From: Alphaproteobacteria bacterium
Lineage (GTDB): Bacteria > Pseudomonadota > Alphaproteobacteria > JAUHZC01
Length of the DNA stretch: 64,000 bases
Direction of reading: 5' to 3'
Assembly (NCBI GenBank): GCA_023898725.1
Contig: CP060236.1
Coordinates: 672,852 to 736,851, forward strand
Shown: in pieces, positions 1 to 9,678 of the stretch
Layout: each line of letters begins with the position of its first letter
Position numbering within the stretch: the stretch's first letter is position 1
The notes under the pieces: generated by a model
What the model saw: only the letters and a program-made list of their open reading frames with translations
Told to the model about the DNA's origin: nothing
The model's database searches: none
Program-made: the position numbers and the translations under genes

Positions 1-156
1 CAATCGAATACCAATTCGGATAGCTTTAGCCATGATTTAATCCAACAATTTTGTTTTCTTTATGAACTCAGGTATCATGCTTGTCAACCAATAAAATGCT
101 TGTGAGTATGTGGGAAATGGGTAAAATGCCCTGTAACAAGGAAAGGTTTACATGCA

Positions 157-1659
157 ATGCAGATCAGTTTTGTCGATGAAATTAGTACACCAAGTGACTC
201 GATTATTGTGGGGGTTTATCAGGGAAAGGCCTTTACTGCCTCTGCAGAGTGGCTGGACAATGAGACAGATGGTTTGTTAAGCCGCACATTGAAAGCGAAT
301 CACTTTAAAGGTTCGTTAGGGGAGGTATTTGCGATACCCTCTCCACAGGGTTTGTCTGGTGTCCAACGGGTTCTTCTGGTTGGATTGGGGCAGCCTGAAA
401 AACTGACACCAATAGCCTATCAGCAAGCGGGTGCCGCTGCTCAACTTATGATGTCGCGTACGCCTGACAGTGGTGCGATATTTTATGCCGATTCCTGTGC
501 TGTTGCCCACTTATCAGGAGCCACTGTTGCTGTGAATGTGGCTGTAGGTATGTCTTTGCGCAGCTGGCGCTTTGATCGCTATAAAACAAAGTCCTCAACG
601 GAAGAACTTTCCCATTTAGTGTCTGTGAAAATTGTGACCGAAGAGGCAATTGCCGCTGAGGAGCAATTTAATACTGAGGCCTCTGTCATAGAGGGGGTGC
701 AGTTGACACGGACCCTCGTGAGTGAGCCTCCGAATACAATCTACCCAGAAAGCATGGTTAGTCAGGTTCTCGAACTTAAAAAAATAGGCCTAGAAGTAGA
801 GATTCTTGGCGAGAAGGCCATGCGTAAGCTGGGAATGAATGCTCTGTTGGGTGTTGCTGAGGGGAGTGCAAAAGAAGCGCAGCTTATTATTATTGAGTGG
901 CGCGGTGCAGAAGATCCAAGCGAAAAGCCCATTGCTTTTGTGGGTAAGGGCGTCACATTTGATTCTGGCGGTCTCAGCTTGAAGCCTCCTAAGAGTATGG
1001 AAACCATGAAGTATGACATGGCAGGATCAGCTGTTGTGGCGGGGTTGATGCGGGCCCTGGCCGGACGTAATGCACCAATTAATGCGATTGGTATTATGGG
1101 AATGGTTGAAAACATGCCGTCTGGAAATGCCCTACGTCCGGGTGATATTCTCACGTCGATGTCGGGTCAAACAATCGAAGTTCTAAATACGGATGCGGAA
1201 GGTCGCTTGGTGTTGGCAGACGCTCTTTGGTACACGCAAGAGCGTTTTAAACCACACACAATGATTGATCTTGCTACGTTGACGGGCGCTATTGTTGTTG
1301 CGCTTGGTCATGAGCATGCAGGGCTGTTTAGCAATGATGACACGCTTGCCGCTAATCTTCAAAAAGCTTCTGAGGCAGTTGACGAGCGCTTGTGGCGACT
1401 TCCTCTTATGGGTGCCTACGATAAGGATATTGATTCTGATATTGCTGATGTGTGTAATATTCAAAAAACAGCAGGAGCAGCGGGCAGTATCACGGCCGCG
1501 CAGTTTTTACAGCGCTTTGTGAATAATGTACGATGGGCACATCTTGATATTGCTGGGGTTGCCGATTCATCAAAGGATCGACCGCTTTCTGCTAGAGGGG
1601 CGACTGGATTCGGGGTACGTCTTCTCGATCGTTATGTCCGTGAGTTTGTCGAAAAGTAA
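157..1659 (+). CDS. pepA: Leucyl aminopeptidase (M17 family)
   Basis: 500-aa ORF with the M17 signature NTDAEGRL and the VGKGVTFDSGG motif. pepA-holC synteny. Confidence 0.9.
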   Translation: MQISFVDEISTPSDSIIVGVYQGKAFTASAEWLDNETDGLLSRTLKANHFKGSLGEVFAIPSPQGLSGVQRVLLVGLGQPEKLTPIAYQQAGAAAQLMMSRTPDSGAIFYADSCAVAHLSGATVAVNVAVGMSLRSWRFDRYKTKSSTEELSHLVSVKIVTEEAIAAEEQFNTEASVIEGVQLTRTLVSEPPNTIYPESMVSQVLELKKIGLEVEILGEKAMRKLGMNALLGVAEGSAKEAQLIIIEWRGAEDPSEKPIAFVGKGVTFDSGGLSLKPPKSMETMKYDMAGSAVVAGLMRALAGRNAPINAIGIMGMVENMPSGNALRPGDILTSMSGQTIEVLNTDAEGRLVLADALWYTQERFKPHTMIDLATLTGAIVVALGHEHAGLFSNDDTLAANLQKASEAVDERLWRLPLMGAYDKDIDSDIADVCNIQKTAGAAGSITAAQFLQRFVNNVRWAHLDIAGVADSSKDRPLSARGATGFGVRLLDRYVREFVEK

Positions 1660-2150
1660 TGTCGGCTTTCTCTGCTTCTGTAACTATTTATGGGCACCAA
1701 GATCGTCCATTGATTCGGACATTACCACGGTTACTTGAAAAGGTGCTCGAAACAGAGGAGAGGGCTACTGTTCTTGTGCCCCAAGACTTACTCGAGGTTG
1801 TTGACAAAGGATTGTGGACCTATACCCCTCTTGGTTTCCTTCCGCATGGCAAGAAGAGAGAGGGGGTTTCTGGGGACCCCTCTTTGCAACCAATTTGGCT
1901 TACTTCTGTGTTTGAAAACCCCAACAACGCAGGTGTGTTGGTTGTTTTTGATTACCAAGTTGTGGCAGAAAAAGATTTATTAGCGGGAGCCTTTACGCGC
2001 ATCTTGGATTTATTTTCTCTCTCGGATAAGAGTTCAGTGACACATTTTTGCAAGCGCTTAGATGTGTATCGTGCGTTGCATGCGGATATGGTGATGTGGA
2101 AAGATGAAGGTTCTTGGAATAAAGCGCAAGAACTGTTACAAAGTTTCTAG
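1659..2150 (+). CDS. holC: DNA polymerase III chi subunit
   Basis: 163 aa. ATG overlaps the pepA stop (TAATG). Chi-like motifs (LW..., F.PHG, PIWL). pepA-holC adjacency is conserved. Confidence 0.6.
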   Translation: MSAFSASVTIYGHQDRPLIRTLPRLLEKVLETEERATVLVPQDLLEVVDKGLWTYTPLGFLPHGKKREGVSGDPSLQPIWLTSVFENPNNAGVLVVFDYQVVAEKDLLAGAFTRILDLFSLSDKSSVTHFCKRLDVYRALHADMVMWKDEGSWNKAQELLQSF

Positions 2151-2180
2151 ATTAATGTCACTTACTTACGGAGATATATT

Positions 2181-2603
2181 ATGAGTCGTCAACGCACGCT
2201 ATCCATTATCAAGCCAGACGCAACACGTCGCAATCTGACAGGGGCGATCAACAGCTTGATCGAAGCGGCGGGTTTGCGCATTGTGGCGCAAAAACGCATT
2301 CAGCTAACCCCTTCCCAGGCAGCTGCTTTCTATGATGTGCATAAGGAACGATCATTTTTTAGTGAGCTGTGTGCGTTTATGACTTCAGGACCGGTTGTTG
2401 TTCAGGTCCTTGAAGGCGAAGATGCAGTTGCAAGCTATCGTGCTGTTATGGGAGCAACAAATCCTGCCAATGCGGATGAGGGAACAATTCGAAAGATACA
2501 CGCAGAGTCCATTGAGGCAAATTCTGTTCATGGATCAGACAGCGTAGAGAATGCGCGCACTGAAATATCATTCTTTTTTGCTGATAGCGAGATCGTGGGG
2601 TAG
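2181..2603 (+). CDS. ndk: Nucleoside diphosphate kinase
   Basis: 140 aa; TLSIIKPDA and NSVHGSDS active-site region. Confidence 0.9.
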   Translation: MSRQRTLSIIKPDATRRNLTGAINSLIEAAGLRIVAQKRIQLTPSQAAAFYDVHKERSFFSELCAFMTSGPVVVQVLEGEDAVASYRAVMGATNPANADEGTIRKIHAESIEANSVHGSDSVENARTEISFFFADSEIVG

Positions 2604-2608
2604 TTTCT

Positions 2609-3784
2609 TTGGGGGAGGGAAATTACATTCGGGCAGCGTCAAAAATCCTATGTTTGCTGTTAATGCTAACGTCTTTGTTCTGTTCTCACAGGAATGACGC
2701 TCACAACGTTTTTGTTGTAAAAGGCGTCAGTATCGAATCACATCAGTCAAGCGGTGTAGATGCCCAAATGGATGCTAAGCGCCAGGCCTTGCGTGTGGCG
2801 TTTGCCAAACTTGTGCGCCGGCTGGCGCTTGGTGTTCCTCCGGCTTATTTGTTTGCTTATAACCCTGATCAAATTAATACATTTGTTGAAAGCTATCAGG
2901 TTTCCAATGAGTTGTTATCGCACACATCCTATCAAGCAACCTTTCAGATTGTTTTTTCAAAGCAGGCCATTCTTGATGTTTTTGCTAGTGCAAACACGAA
3001 AGTACTGACGACTGCTCAACCACCTGTATTGGTTGTGCCGATTCTAAAACGTGGTGATAAAGTGTTTATGTGGGGAAACACAAATGTGTGGGGAAAATTT
3101 CTGCGCACCTATGATGCGCATAGCCCGTTGCAGCCTTTTCGCTTGCCCCGTGGTGATCTTTTTGATATGAGCACATGGCCTGTTACGGTCTACCCCACTT
3201 TTCGTCAGAGTATCGGACTTTCTTTCGGTTCTCAATATTATGCAACACGGTTAGTTGTTGCAGAGTTGGTGGCGCAAGATGATGGTCGGGCAGGTCTCAA
3301 CTTAATAGCGTATGATATCGCCACAGGAAATATTCTTAGCACGCAGTCCTTGAATCTTTCGGCCGCGGATGAAGTTGCAATTGAACCCCAAGCCAGCGGC
3401 TATCTCATTGATTTCTTGGAGTCAATCGCAAAGTTCACACAGGGAATTTCTCCTGTTGATCATCAGGCTGAAGAGTTTGTTTTAACCATCCATCATAAAG
3501 GCCTTGATGATTTTGAGAAAATGCTTGATACCATTCTTCGTGTTCCAGGAGTGAGTAATGTGTCGTCTCTGTCCGTAAACACATCCTCGGCAAACCTGCG
3601 TGTCTCATTTGCGACATCTTTCGAGGATCTGATGCGGAACTTTGAGGCAAAGGGATATGGGCTTGTTCGGGTTGATGCCCACATTGTTCTGCAGAAGCGC
3701 GAAGCAGGTACCTTACCGCATGTATCAGGTGCCATTCAAGAAAGCGGATTTATTGAAGAAAGGCCATTGGATTTTTTGGCTTAG
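2609..3784 (+). CDS. Conserved hypothetical exported/periplasmic protein (alphaproteobacterial DUF-type, downstream of ndk)
   Basis: 391-aa ORF with a hydrophobic N-terminus (LCLLLMLTSLFC). No catalytic motifs recognised. Start uncertain. Confidence 0.45.
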   Translation: MGEGNYIRAASKILCLLLMLTSLFCSHRNDAHNVFVVKGVSIESHQSSGVDAQMDAKRQALRVAFAKLVRRLALGVPPAYLFAYNPDQINTFVESYQVSNELLSHTSYQATFQIVFSKQAILDVFASANTKVLTTAQPPVLVVPILKRGDKVFMWGNTNVWGKFLRTYDAHSPLQPFRLPRGDLFDMSTWPVTVYPTFRQSIGLSFGSQYYATRLVVAELVAQDDGRAGLNLIAYDIATGNILSTQSLNLSAADEVAIEPQASGYLIDFLESIAKFTQGISPVDHQAEEFVLTIHHKGLDDFEKMLDTILRVPGVSNVSSLSVNTSSANLRVSFATSFEDLMRNFEAKGYGLVRVDAHIVLQKREAGTLPHVSGAIQESGFIEERPLDFLA

Positions 3785-4101
3785 AATCTTTTTAAAGGAT
3801 GCAAGAATAACACACTTTCGGCGGATTTTGTAAAACTTAGGCATCGCCTGTTCTGGCGGATAAAGAAGAGAAAGCCTTCTGCGCCAAGGGTTATGCGTTA
3901 TTTTCATTAATACAATGCATGCGATATTTGCCTGTTTTATTATTGATAAAAAGAATGCAATATGTGTAGAAGCCCATTTTTTGTTGCAATTTTAACTCAT
4001 ATAAGGTGTGTTTGGCAAAAATGCCACTAAATTTTTAGAAAACATATTTACTTTTCAATGCGATTAAACAAATACTTGCATCAGAAAAATAGTGATACAA
4101 A

Positions 4102-5508
4102 ATGTTTAAAAACCTACGTAATGGGGGGGTATTTAAACAATTTTTACTGACAACTACCTTTGTCATAACAATTTCCTTTGTGGGTAAGCACCCAATTCAC
4201 GCAAGTTCTGCTCCTTTGGCTGACGATGAAAATATCCTGCCAAGCATTGAAAACATTCAGCGCATGCGAACTACTCTCTTTGCCTTACCACCCTTGCAAA
4301 CTAAGGAAGATGCATACGCGGAACTTGGAGACCCAAGTGGGCAAGAGGCTCTTGTTCAAAATTCATACAACTTGGTTACAAGTTTGGGGGTTAAGGTTGC
4401 CGTGGAATCAATTCCCGCGATCGTTCGAGCACTCCTGCGTGACCGCATGAAACTGGCGAGGGAGGCACATAAGCTTTTAAGTATGCTGGGTCAGGTTCAA
4501 GAGGAATCTGAGGCCCTTTGTGTCGAAGTTCGTGGGATTGCGGAGATGTTCCCTGAGCCTCAATCAACGGATTTTGCAAGCCCGACGCGCAGTATTGCCA
4601 GTATTGAGTCTACAGAAAGTGCAGACAGTGCTTCAGGAGAAAGAGGTGTCTCCAATATGCTGGGAGAGAATCGTCATGCGGCACAAAGAAATCTGCGTAC
4701 ACTCAAGGCTGTCGTTAGAAATATGTTGGATCGTATTCGATTTCTTGATCAAGCATCAAGAGATCTTCAGAACAGTAGGCCATGGAATGAAGACACTGCA
4801 ACACCACCAAGGCCTGGAGGAAATTCTATACTGCAAGGATCAGAAGAATCCACCGATGACCCAACGTTACATGATCCTCTAGAAGGCATCACAATTGGTC
4901 TACGGACTTTCTTGGCAGATCATGCAATGGAAGTCTCCTCTGGTGATGATCTGAAAAGTCTTATAACAGGGGTGACCACACTGTGCCGTTCGCAATGCCA
5001 AAAATCCACTGATCTTATGCAACAGGTTGTGGAAACGAAGAAGGTGCTAAAAGATTTTGAAGATATAGATGACACACACACACTGCTTAACCTAGCACGC
5101 AAAGCTGCCACCGTTTCTAAGACACAAAAGACCCTCCTAGCAGAAGAGCGCACGCGTTCGGACAATCTGCAGGCGCGCGTGACTGATTGCGAGGAAAGAC
5201 TTGTGCGCCATGAGACGGCAGAGGCAAAAATACGGGATATTCTCGGTCTTTCGTCTGACATTTCGGCTGACTCTCTTGCCAAAAGGGTAGAAGAGAGCGT
5301 GCGTGAGCGTGAAGAGGCACAAAGGCGCCTTGCCTCTGCGTTAACAAAAGCCCAGGAGGACCTTGTGGCTGCCTTGCAAAGAAGTCAACAAGGTGTTGAA
5401 CCAAGTTCACGTACTCCCCTTCTAGAATCATCTAGGGCTGATTTACCATCTACTGATAACGAAGAGAGGGGTTCGGGAAACTCAGGCGGTTGTTGCTTGA
5501 TTTCATAA
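4102..5508 (+). CDS. Hypothetical exported coiled-coil protein with C-terminal CaaX-like box (…GSGNSGGCCLIS-stop)
   Basis: 468-aa ORF after a ~320-nt AT-rich leader. N-terminal hydrophobic segment with an IHA-SS cleavage-like site. Long E/K/R-rich helical regions. The last residues, CCLIS, were read directly from the DNA. Confidence 0.6.
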   Translation: MFKNLRNGGVFKQFLLTTTFVITISFVGKHPIHASSAPLADDENILPSIENIQRMRTTLFALPPLQTKEDAYAELGDPSGQEALVQNSYNLVTSLGVKVAVESIPAIVRALLRDRMKLAREAHKLLSMLGQVQEESEALCVEVRGIAEMFPEPQSTDFASPTRSIASIESTESADSASGERGVSNMLGENRHAAQRNLRTLKAVVRNMLDRIRFLDQASRDLQNSRPWNEDTATPPRPGGNSILQGSEESTDDPTLHDPLEGITIGLRTFLADHAMEVSSGDDLKSLITGVTTLCRSQCQKSTDLMQQVVETKKVLKDFEDIDDTHTLLNLARKAATVSKTQKTLLAEERTRSDNLQARVTDCEERLVRHETAEAKIRDILGLSSDISADSLAKRVEESVREREEAQRRLASALTKAQEDLVAALQRSQQGVEPSSRTPLLESSRADLPSTDNEERGSGNSGGCCLIS

Positions 5509-5531
5509 CAATTAATTGAAAGGAAGAAAAT

Positions 5532-6278
5532 ATGACTAAAAGATTAACGTGCTTGACGTTATGGGCAGCTATGTCGGCTGTGTCTCTATCGGCGGATAAT
5601 GCTATTGCTCACCCATCGTCGTCACCTGCAGCAGCTGATTCAAAAAAGTGGTCCGTTTTGTTGAGTGTTGATTTGGCTGGAAAAAACCTAACAGTAAGAA
5701 ACCGGATGCAATCGTCCACAACACCTGCCCCTTGGAGTAAAACGACAGAATCAAAACGTGCGGTTCTTCCTGGCTTCACAGTGCAAGGGCATCTGAACAT
5801 AGGCGAGAGTGGTGGCTACTTAGGCGCAGAAATTTCCTACTTGATTGGGGACTTAAAAGCACAATCCAACTCCCCTCATCTTCTATATGTGAATAAGAAT
5901 CACGCGCTTCACCACAGAAGAATGTCGCATATGATCCAAACAGGCCTAATTATTGGAAAGAGATTTGGTGATTCTGCTGTACACCTAAAGGCAGGCGTTG
6001 CTTTTGCAAAAGTTCGTCACAGGACATTCTTTGACCGTAATCAAGTTTCCAATCTTCATTATGACAAAAATGCGACGGGATATTATGTAGGGGTTGGCTA
6101 CGTAAAGAACATTGCTCACAATTTTGCTGTGGGTATAGATTATGAATATGCATTATATAGAACTGAGAAAAAAGCCTTTGATCATCCAGGGGCTGTGCGG
6201 GTTCTTAGAAACAAAGGAAACTTCAAAAGTCAGGCCACGATTGATACCTTGAAGTTGCGTTTCATTTACAAAATATAA
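5532..6278 (+). CDS. Outer-membrane beta-barrel protein (Omp25/Omp31/Hbp-like family)
   Basis: 248 aa; signal peptide (AAMSAVSLSADNAIA). Alternating amphipathic beta-strand pattern with aromatic-rich strands (YYVGVGYV, FAVGIDYEY). Confidence 0.6.
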   Translation: MTKRLTCLTLWAAMSAVSLSADNAIAHPSSSPAAADSKKWSVLLSVDLAGKNLTVRNRMQSSTTPAPWSKTTESKRAVLPGFTVQGHLNIGESGGYLGAEISYLIGDLKAQSNSPHLLYVNKNHALHHRRMSHMIQTGLIIGKRFGDSAVHLKAGVAFAKVRHRTFFDRNQVSNLHYDKNATGYYVGVGYVKNIAHNFAVGIDYEYALYRTEKKAFDHPGAVRVLRNKGNFKSQATIDTLKLRFIYKI

Positions 6279-6295
6279 CTACTTTGTTTGCTAAG

Positions 6296-6322
6296 AAAAA
6301 GCCCCATTTTTGGGGCTTTTTC
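6296..6322. terminator. Bidirectional rho-independent terminator between the OMP gene and recR
   Basis: aaaaagcccca-tttt-tggggcttttt: a perfect 9-10 bp GC-containing stem flanked by A-run and T-run, sited between convergent genes. Confidence 0.7.
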
Positions 6323-6334
6323 TATGTGCAAGAA

Positions 6335-6934
6335 TTAATCAGGTAACTTTTGCCGAGCATTGTATGCTGCGTGTAACGTTCCATCATCCAGATAATCCAA
6401 CTCACCACCCATGGGCACACCTTGTGCAAGAGAACTCACATAAAGATTAAGCCCTTCGAGATGCCGGCGCACATACTGGGCTGTTATCTGACCGTCAAGT
6501 GTTGCGGGCAGAGCAAGCACAATTTCTGTAACACAAGGAGTCGCCCTCAAGCGATTTTTGAGAGACTCTAGGGTTAAGTTATCGGGTGTTACTCCATCAA
6601 TGGCGGATAGCACGCCTCCTAAAACATGGTAGCGCCCTTTAAAAAAGTGAGCCCGTTCTAATGCCCATACGTCTGCAACATCCGTGACCACGCAAATAAT
6701 ATGATTGTCACGGTCTAGATTTGTACAGATGTGGCAACAATCGTTGCTGTCAAGGTTATGGCAAATCTTACAGTTCCGTAGCGTATCATGCACGGTTTGC
6801 ATGCGGTTAATAAGGGGTTCTAAGATGGTTTCCCGGTGTTTCATCAAATGTAAGGCAATGCGTCGCCCTGAACGGCTCCCCAGACCGGGAAGCTTAGCAA
6901 ACATCTGAATAAGTTGGTCGATTTCTTTGGCCAT
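6335..6934 (-). CDS. recR: Recombination protein RecR
   Basis: 199 aa; C4 zinc finger CKICHNL…CCHIC; Toprim-like C-terminus. Sits in the recR-ybaB-dnaX cluster. Confidence 0.9.
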   Translation of the reverse strand: MAKEIDQLIQMFAKLPGLGSRSGRRIALHLMKHRETILEPLINRMQTVHDTLRNCKICHNLDSNDCCHICTNLDRDNHIICVVTDVADVWALERAHFFKGRYHVLGGVLSAIDGVTPDNLTLESLKNRLRATPCVTEIVLALPATLDGQITAQYVRRHLEGLNLYVSSLAQGVPMGGELDYLDDGTLHAAYNARQKLPD

Positions 6935-6954
6935 TAGGGGGCTATCTCTTGCCT

Positions 6955-7278
6955 TTAGAAGGGTAAATGCATGCCATCGGGCAAATTGAGTCCTGCACCT
7001 GCTTTTTCCATTTCTTTATTTGCTGCTTCCTCAGCCTTTGCAAAGGCATCGTTGTAAGCAGCAAGGATCAAATCCTCAAGGATTTCTCCTTCATCAGGCT
7101 TCAGAAGAGACGCGTCAATGGCAATGTGTTTCATAACACCTTTCCCGTTTACCGTGATGGACACAAGTCCAGCGCCTGATTCTCCTGTGGCCTGTATCTG
7201 TGTTACAGATTCTTGGGCTTTGGTAACTTGTTCCTGCATTTTTTGAGCTTGTTTCATAAATTGGGCAAAATTACGCAT
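6955..7278 (-). CDS. ybaB: Nucleoid-associated protein YbaB/EbfC
   Basis: About 107 aa from the ATG preceded by an AAGGA SD. The longer ORF start to 7293 is a TTG. Typical MKQAQKMQ N-terminus. Confidence 0.8.
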   Translation of the reverse strand: MRNFAQFMKQAQKMQEQVTKAQESVTQIQATGESGAGLVSITVNGKGVMKHIAIDASLLKPDEGEILEDLILAAYNDAFAKAEEAANKEMEKAGAGLNLPDGMHLPF

Positions 7279-7296
7279 CGGCGATCCTTTCAATAA

Positions 7297-9006
7297 CTAT
7301 GGGGTTGGTTTTACATCAACAACAGCAGCTCCGGGAAATATTTCCAGTGCCTGTGTTACAAGGGGATATTCTTCTGCTTTTTTTAATTTTTTGCCATGAT
7401 CGTGGGCGTTGCGCTCTGCTGTTGTAGGGAAATCTTTCTGCATATCCTCTGTTTGTGGCTGCAGAGTAATATCCCATGGTGTACCAAGCGGAGCAAGAAT
7501 AGCCTGAAGGCGTTTGACGAAGTCTTTGGGAACAGTGGGATCAACGGCAAGTACTAGTTTCCCGGGACCAGCATCGAGGCAGCGTACATGGTGTAATAAG
7601 TGAGAGTGGATTAGTGGCTCGCGTGCCTCTGAAACGTGTGCACACACACGGTCAAAAATACTTGTATTAGCAGCCATAGGCTTGTTTTCTGGATATCTCT
7701 CATCGGCTTTCTGTAAGGAGGGAGAGGTGCGAGTTTTTTCCTTTGCTAAGGGTTCAGCCTGGCTTGTGAGAGGGATAGGAGAGGGTTGTGGTGTATGTTC
7801 GCGAGTGTCTTCTTCGGGGGCGAATTCCCTTGATGCTAATTCTCTTGGTGTAGGTAAGTTTGCCACATAACACAAACGAATAAAGGCCATCCGAGCAGCA
7901 GCAAGGGGAAGGAGGGCGCGGGCGATATCATCGTAACTCGTACGCACAATATCCCAAAAACGGTTTAATCCATCAATGGTTACATGTGGAAGAACTTTTA
8001 GTGCCTGTTGCTGTAAGTCTTTTTCATGAATCCAATAGGTAATGTATTTATCCCCAGCTGCTTTAGCTGTTGTAAGAATGTGTATAAACTCCATCAAATG
8101 CCGAAAAAGGCTTAAAAGATTTACCCCTTTTTCGTAATGATTATCAAGCTTCTCAAGGCTTATGGCAATTTCCCCCTTCATGAGATGAAAGGCAAGGTCA
8201 GCAATGTGCTGATGACTGGCAAGGCCAAGCATATGCTGCACCTCTTGGGCACCAAAACTGTTATTAGTTGTGTTTGCTACTTGATCCAAAATCGAAAGCC
8301 CATCACGGGCGGATCCCTCCGCGGCTTGAGCAATGAGCCTAAGCGCCGTTGAGTCCGTCGTGATTGATTCTTTTTCGCATACATTAGCAAAGAGCCCAAT
8401 CAAATCGTCTTCCCGAAAGCGCTGAAGGTCAAAGCGCATGCATCGGGATAAAATAGTTGCGGGAATTTTCTGTACTTCGGTCGTTGCAAAAAGGAACTTT
8501 ACATGAGCAGGAGGCTCCTCCAGGGTTTTCAGCAGTGCGTTGAAGGCACTTTTCGACAACATGTGCACTTCATCAATAATGAAAATTTTATAACGCCCCA
8601 AAACAGGTTTAAAGCGTGAGGAGTCAATGATTTCACGAATATCATCAACGCCGGTTCGGCTAGCGGCGTCCATTTCAATAACATCGATATGTCTGTCTGA
8701 CTCTATGGCCTTACAGTTCTCACAGACACCACAGGGGGTGAGCGTGGGTGCCTCCGCTTGGCTACAGTTGAGACAGCGTGCCAAAACACGGGCTGTCGTT
8801 GTTTTTCCTGTTCCACGAATGCCATGAAAAATGAACGCATGCCCCAATCGGCCATTAGTAAGAGCGTTAGTTAAAATGCGAACCAATATCGGCTGACCTT
8901 TGATATCCTCTAAGGTGCGCGGGCGATATTTGCGCGCAAAGACCTGATAGCTGGATAGTATATTTGACACAGTACGCTTATAACAAAACCTCTCAATTCT
9001 TACCAT
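7297..9006 (-). CDS. dnaX: DNA polymerase III subunit tau/gamma
   Basis: AAA+ Walker A GIRGTGKTT; zinc module CGVCENC. The SYQVFARKYRP N-terminus suggests the true start may be a GTG about 40 nt downstream of the annotated ATG. Confidence 0.9.
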   Translation of the reverse strand: MVRIERFCYKRTVSNILSSYQVFARKYRPRTLEDIKGQPILVRILTNALTNGRLGHAFIFHGIRGTGKTTTARVLARCLNCSQAEAPTLTPCGVCENCKAIESDRHIDVIEMDAASRTGVDDIREIIDSSRFKPVLGRYKIFIIDEVHMLSKSAFNALLKTLEEPPAHVKFLFATTEVQKIPATILSRCMRFDLQRFREDDLIGLFANVCEKESITTDSTALRLIAQAAEGSARDGLSILDQVANTTNNSFGAQEVQHMLGLASHQHIADLAFHLMKGEIAISLEKLDNHYEKGVNLLSLFRHLMEFIHILTTAKAAGDKYITYWIHEKDLQQQALKVLPHVTIDGLNRFWDIVRTSYDDIARALLPLAAARMAFIRLCYVANLPTPRELASREFAPEEDTREHTPQPSPIPLTSQAEPLAKEKTRTSPSLQKADERYPENKPMAANTSIFDRVCAHVSEAREPLIHSHLLHHVRCLDAGPGKLVLAVDPTVPKDFVKRLQAILAPLGTPWDITLQPQTEDMQKDFPTTAERNAHDHGKKLKKAEEYPLVTQALEIFPGAAVVDVKPTP

Positions 9007-9069
9007 AGGTATTTGCTAAGTGCCAGATGTAATCACAGAAGGTTGCGCGCGGGGTTGTTCGTGATTTAT

Positions 9070-9417
9070 TCAGATAATTTTGCCACCAACATACCCTATG
9101 ATGACGGGATTGAGAACAAAACCAAGCATCGCGCGTGTTGTGCTTACATGATACGCATAGTCGTATGCACGCCGCACAAAAAGAACCCAAGGTTTGGTGC
9201 AAACAATAAAACCAAGAGTGAAAGAAGTAAGAGCAGAAATTAATACCCCTAAATGGATCAATAAAGTTCCTCCGCTATTCATTAAAATGAATGAGTTTGG
9301 GTTACACCCATGAATCGCATGAAATGTTTGGAAAAATGCATACATGGCTAAGGCTATATTACAAAACCCCAAGAGTGTCCCCAAAGAAAGACAAATATAA
9401 ACAAAAAATACACGCAA
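9070..9417 (-). CDS. Hypothetical small integral membrane protein
   Basis: 115-aa ORF with 3-4 hydrophobic helices, downstream of atpF on the same strand. Not in the atpI position. Confidence 0.3.
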   Translation of the reverse strand: MRVFFVYICLSLGTLLGFCNIALAMYAFFQTFHAIHGCNPNSFILMNSGGTLLIHLGVLISALTSFTLGFIVCTKPWVLFVRRAYDYAYHVSTTRAMLGFVLNPVIIGYVGGKII

Positions 9418-9678
9418 TAAAATAGAACCAAATCACTTTATTCAATAATATTGAAATATAATTACTTTATTGTTAAATAAATAAAATAATATTGAACTGT
9501 TTGATTTTTCTGTAGAAATTGGATAAAAAACACCACAGCTGTACACGTGCTAAGAAGACTGTTTCTTTATATATAAGACTTGAATTATACTTGCGGACAG
9601 GCTAGATAAGGGGAGAAGGCTCGGTGTGGGTAGTCAAGGCGCTAATCCGGCGAGATTCGAAAGAAAGCACCCGTAACG

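Noticed and set aside
7297-9006. Looked for a dnaX programmed -1 frameshift heptamer (A AAA AAG) to make gamma
   Set aside because: No A6G slippery site found on the coding strand within dnaX, only a 5-A run. As in many alphaproteobacteria, a single tau product is assumed.
9070-9417. Considered whether the 115-aa membrane ORF is atpI
   Set aside because: atpI should lie upstream of atpB (above 11674 on the minus strand). That region is a short intergenic gap before dapF on the opposite strand. This ORF is downstream of atpF, so it is left as a hypothetical membrane protein.
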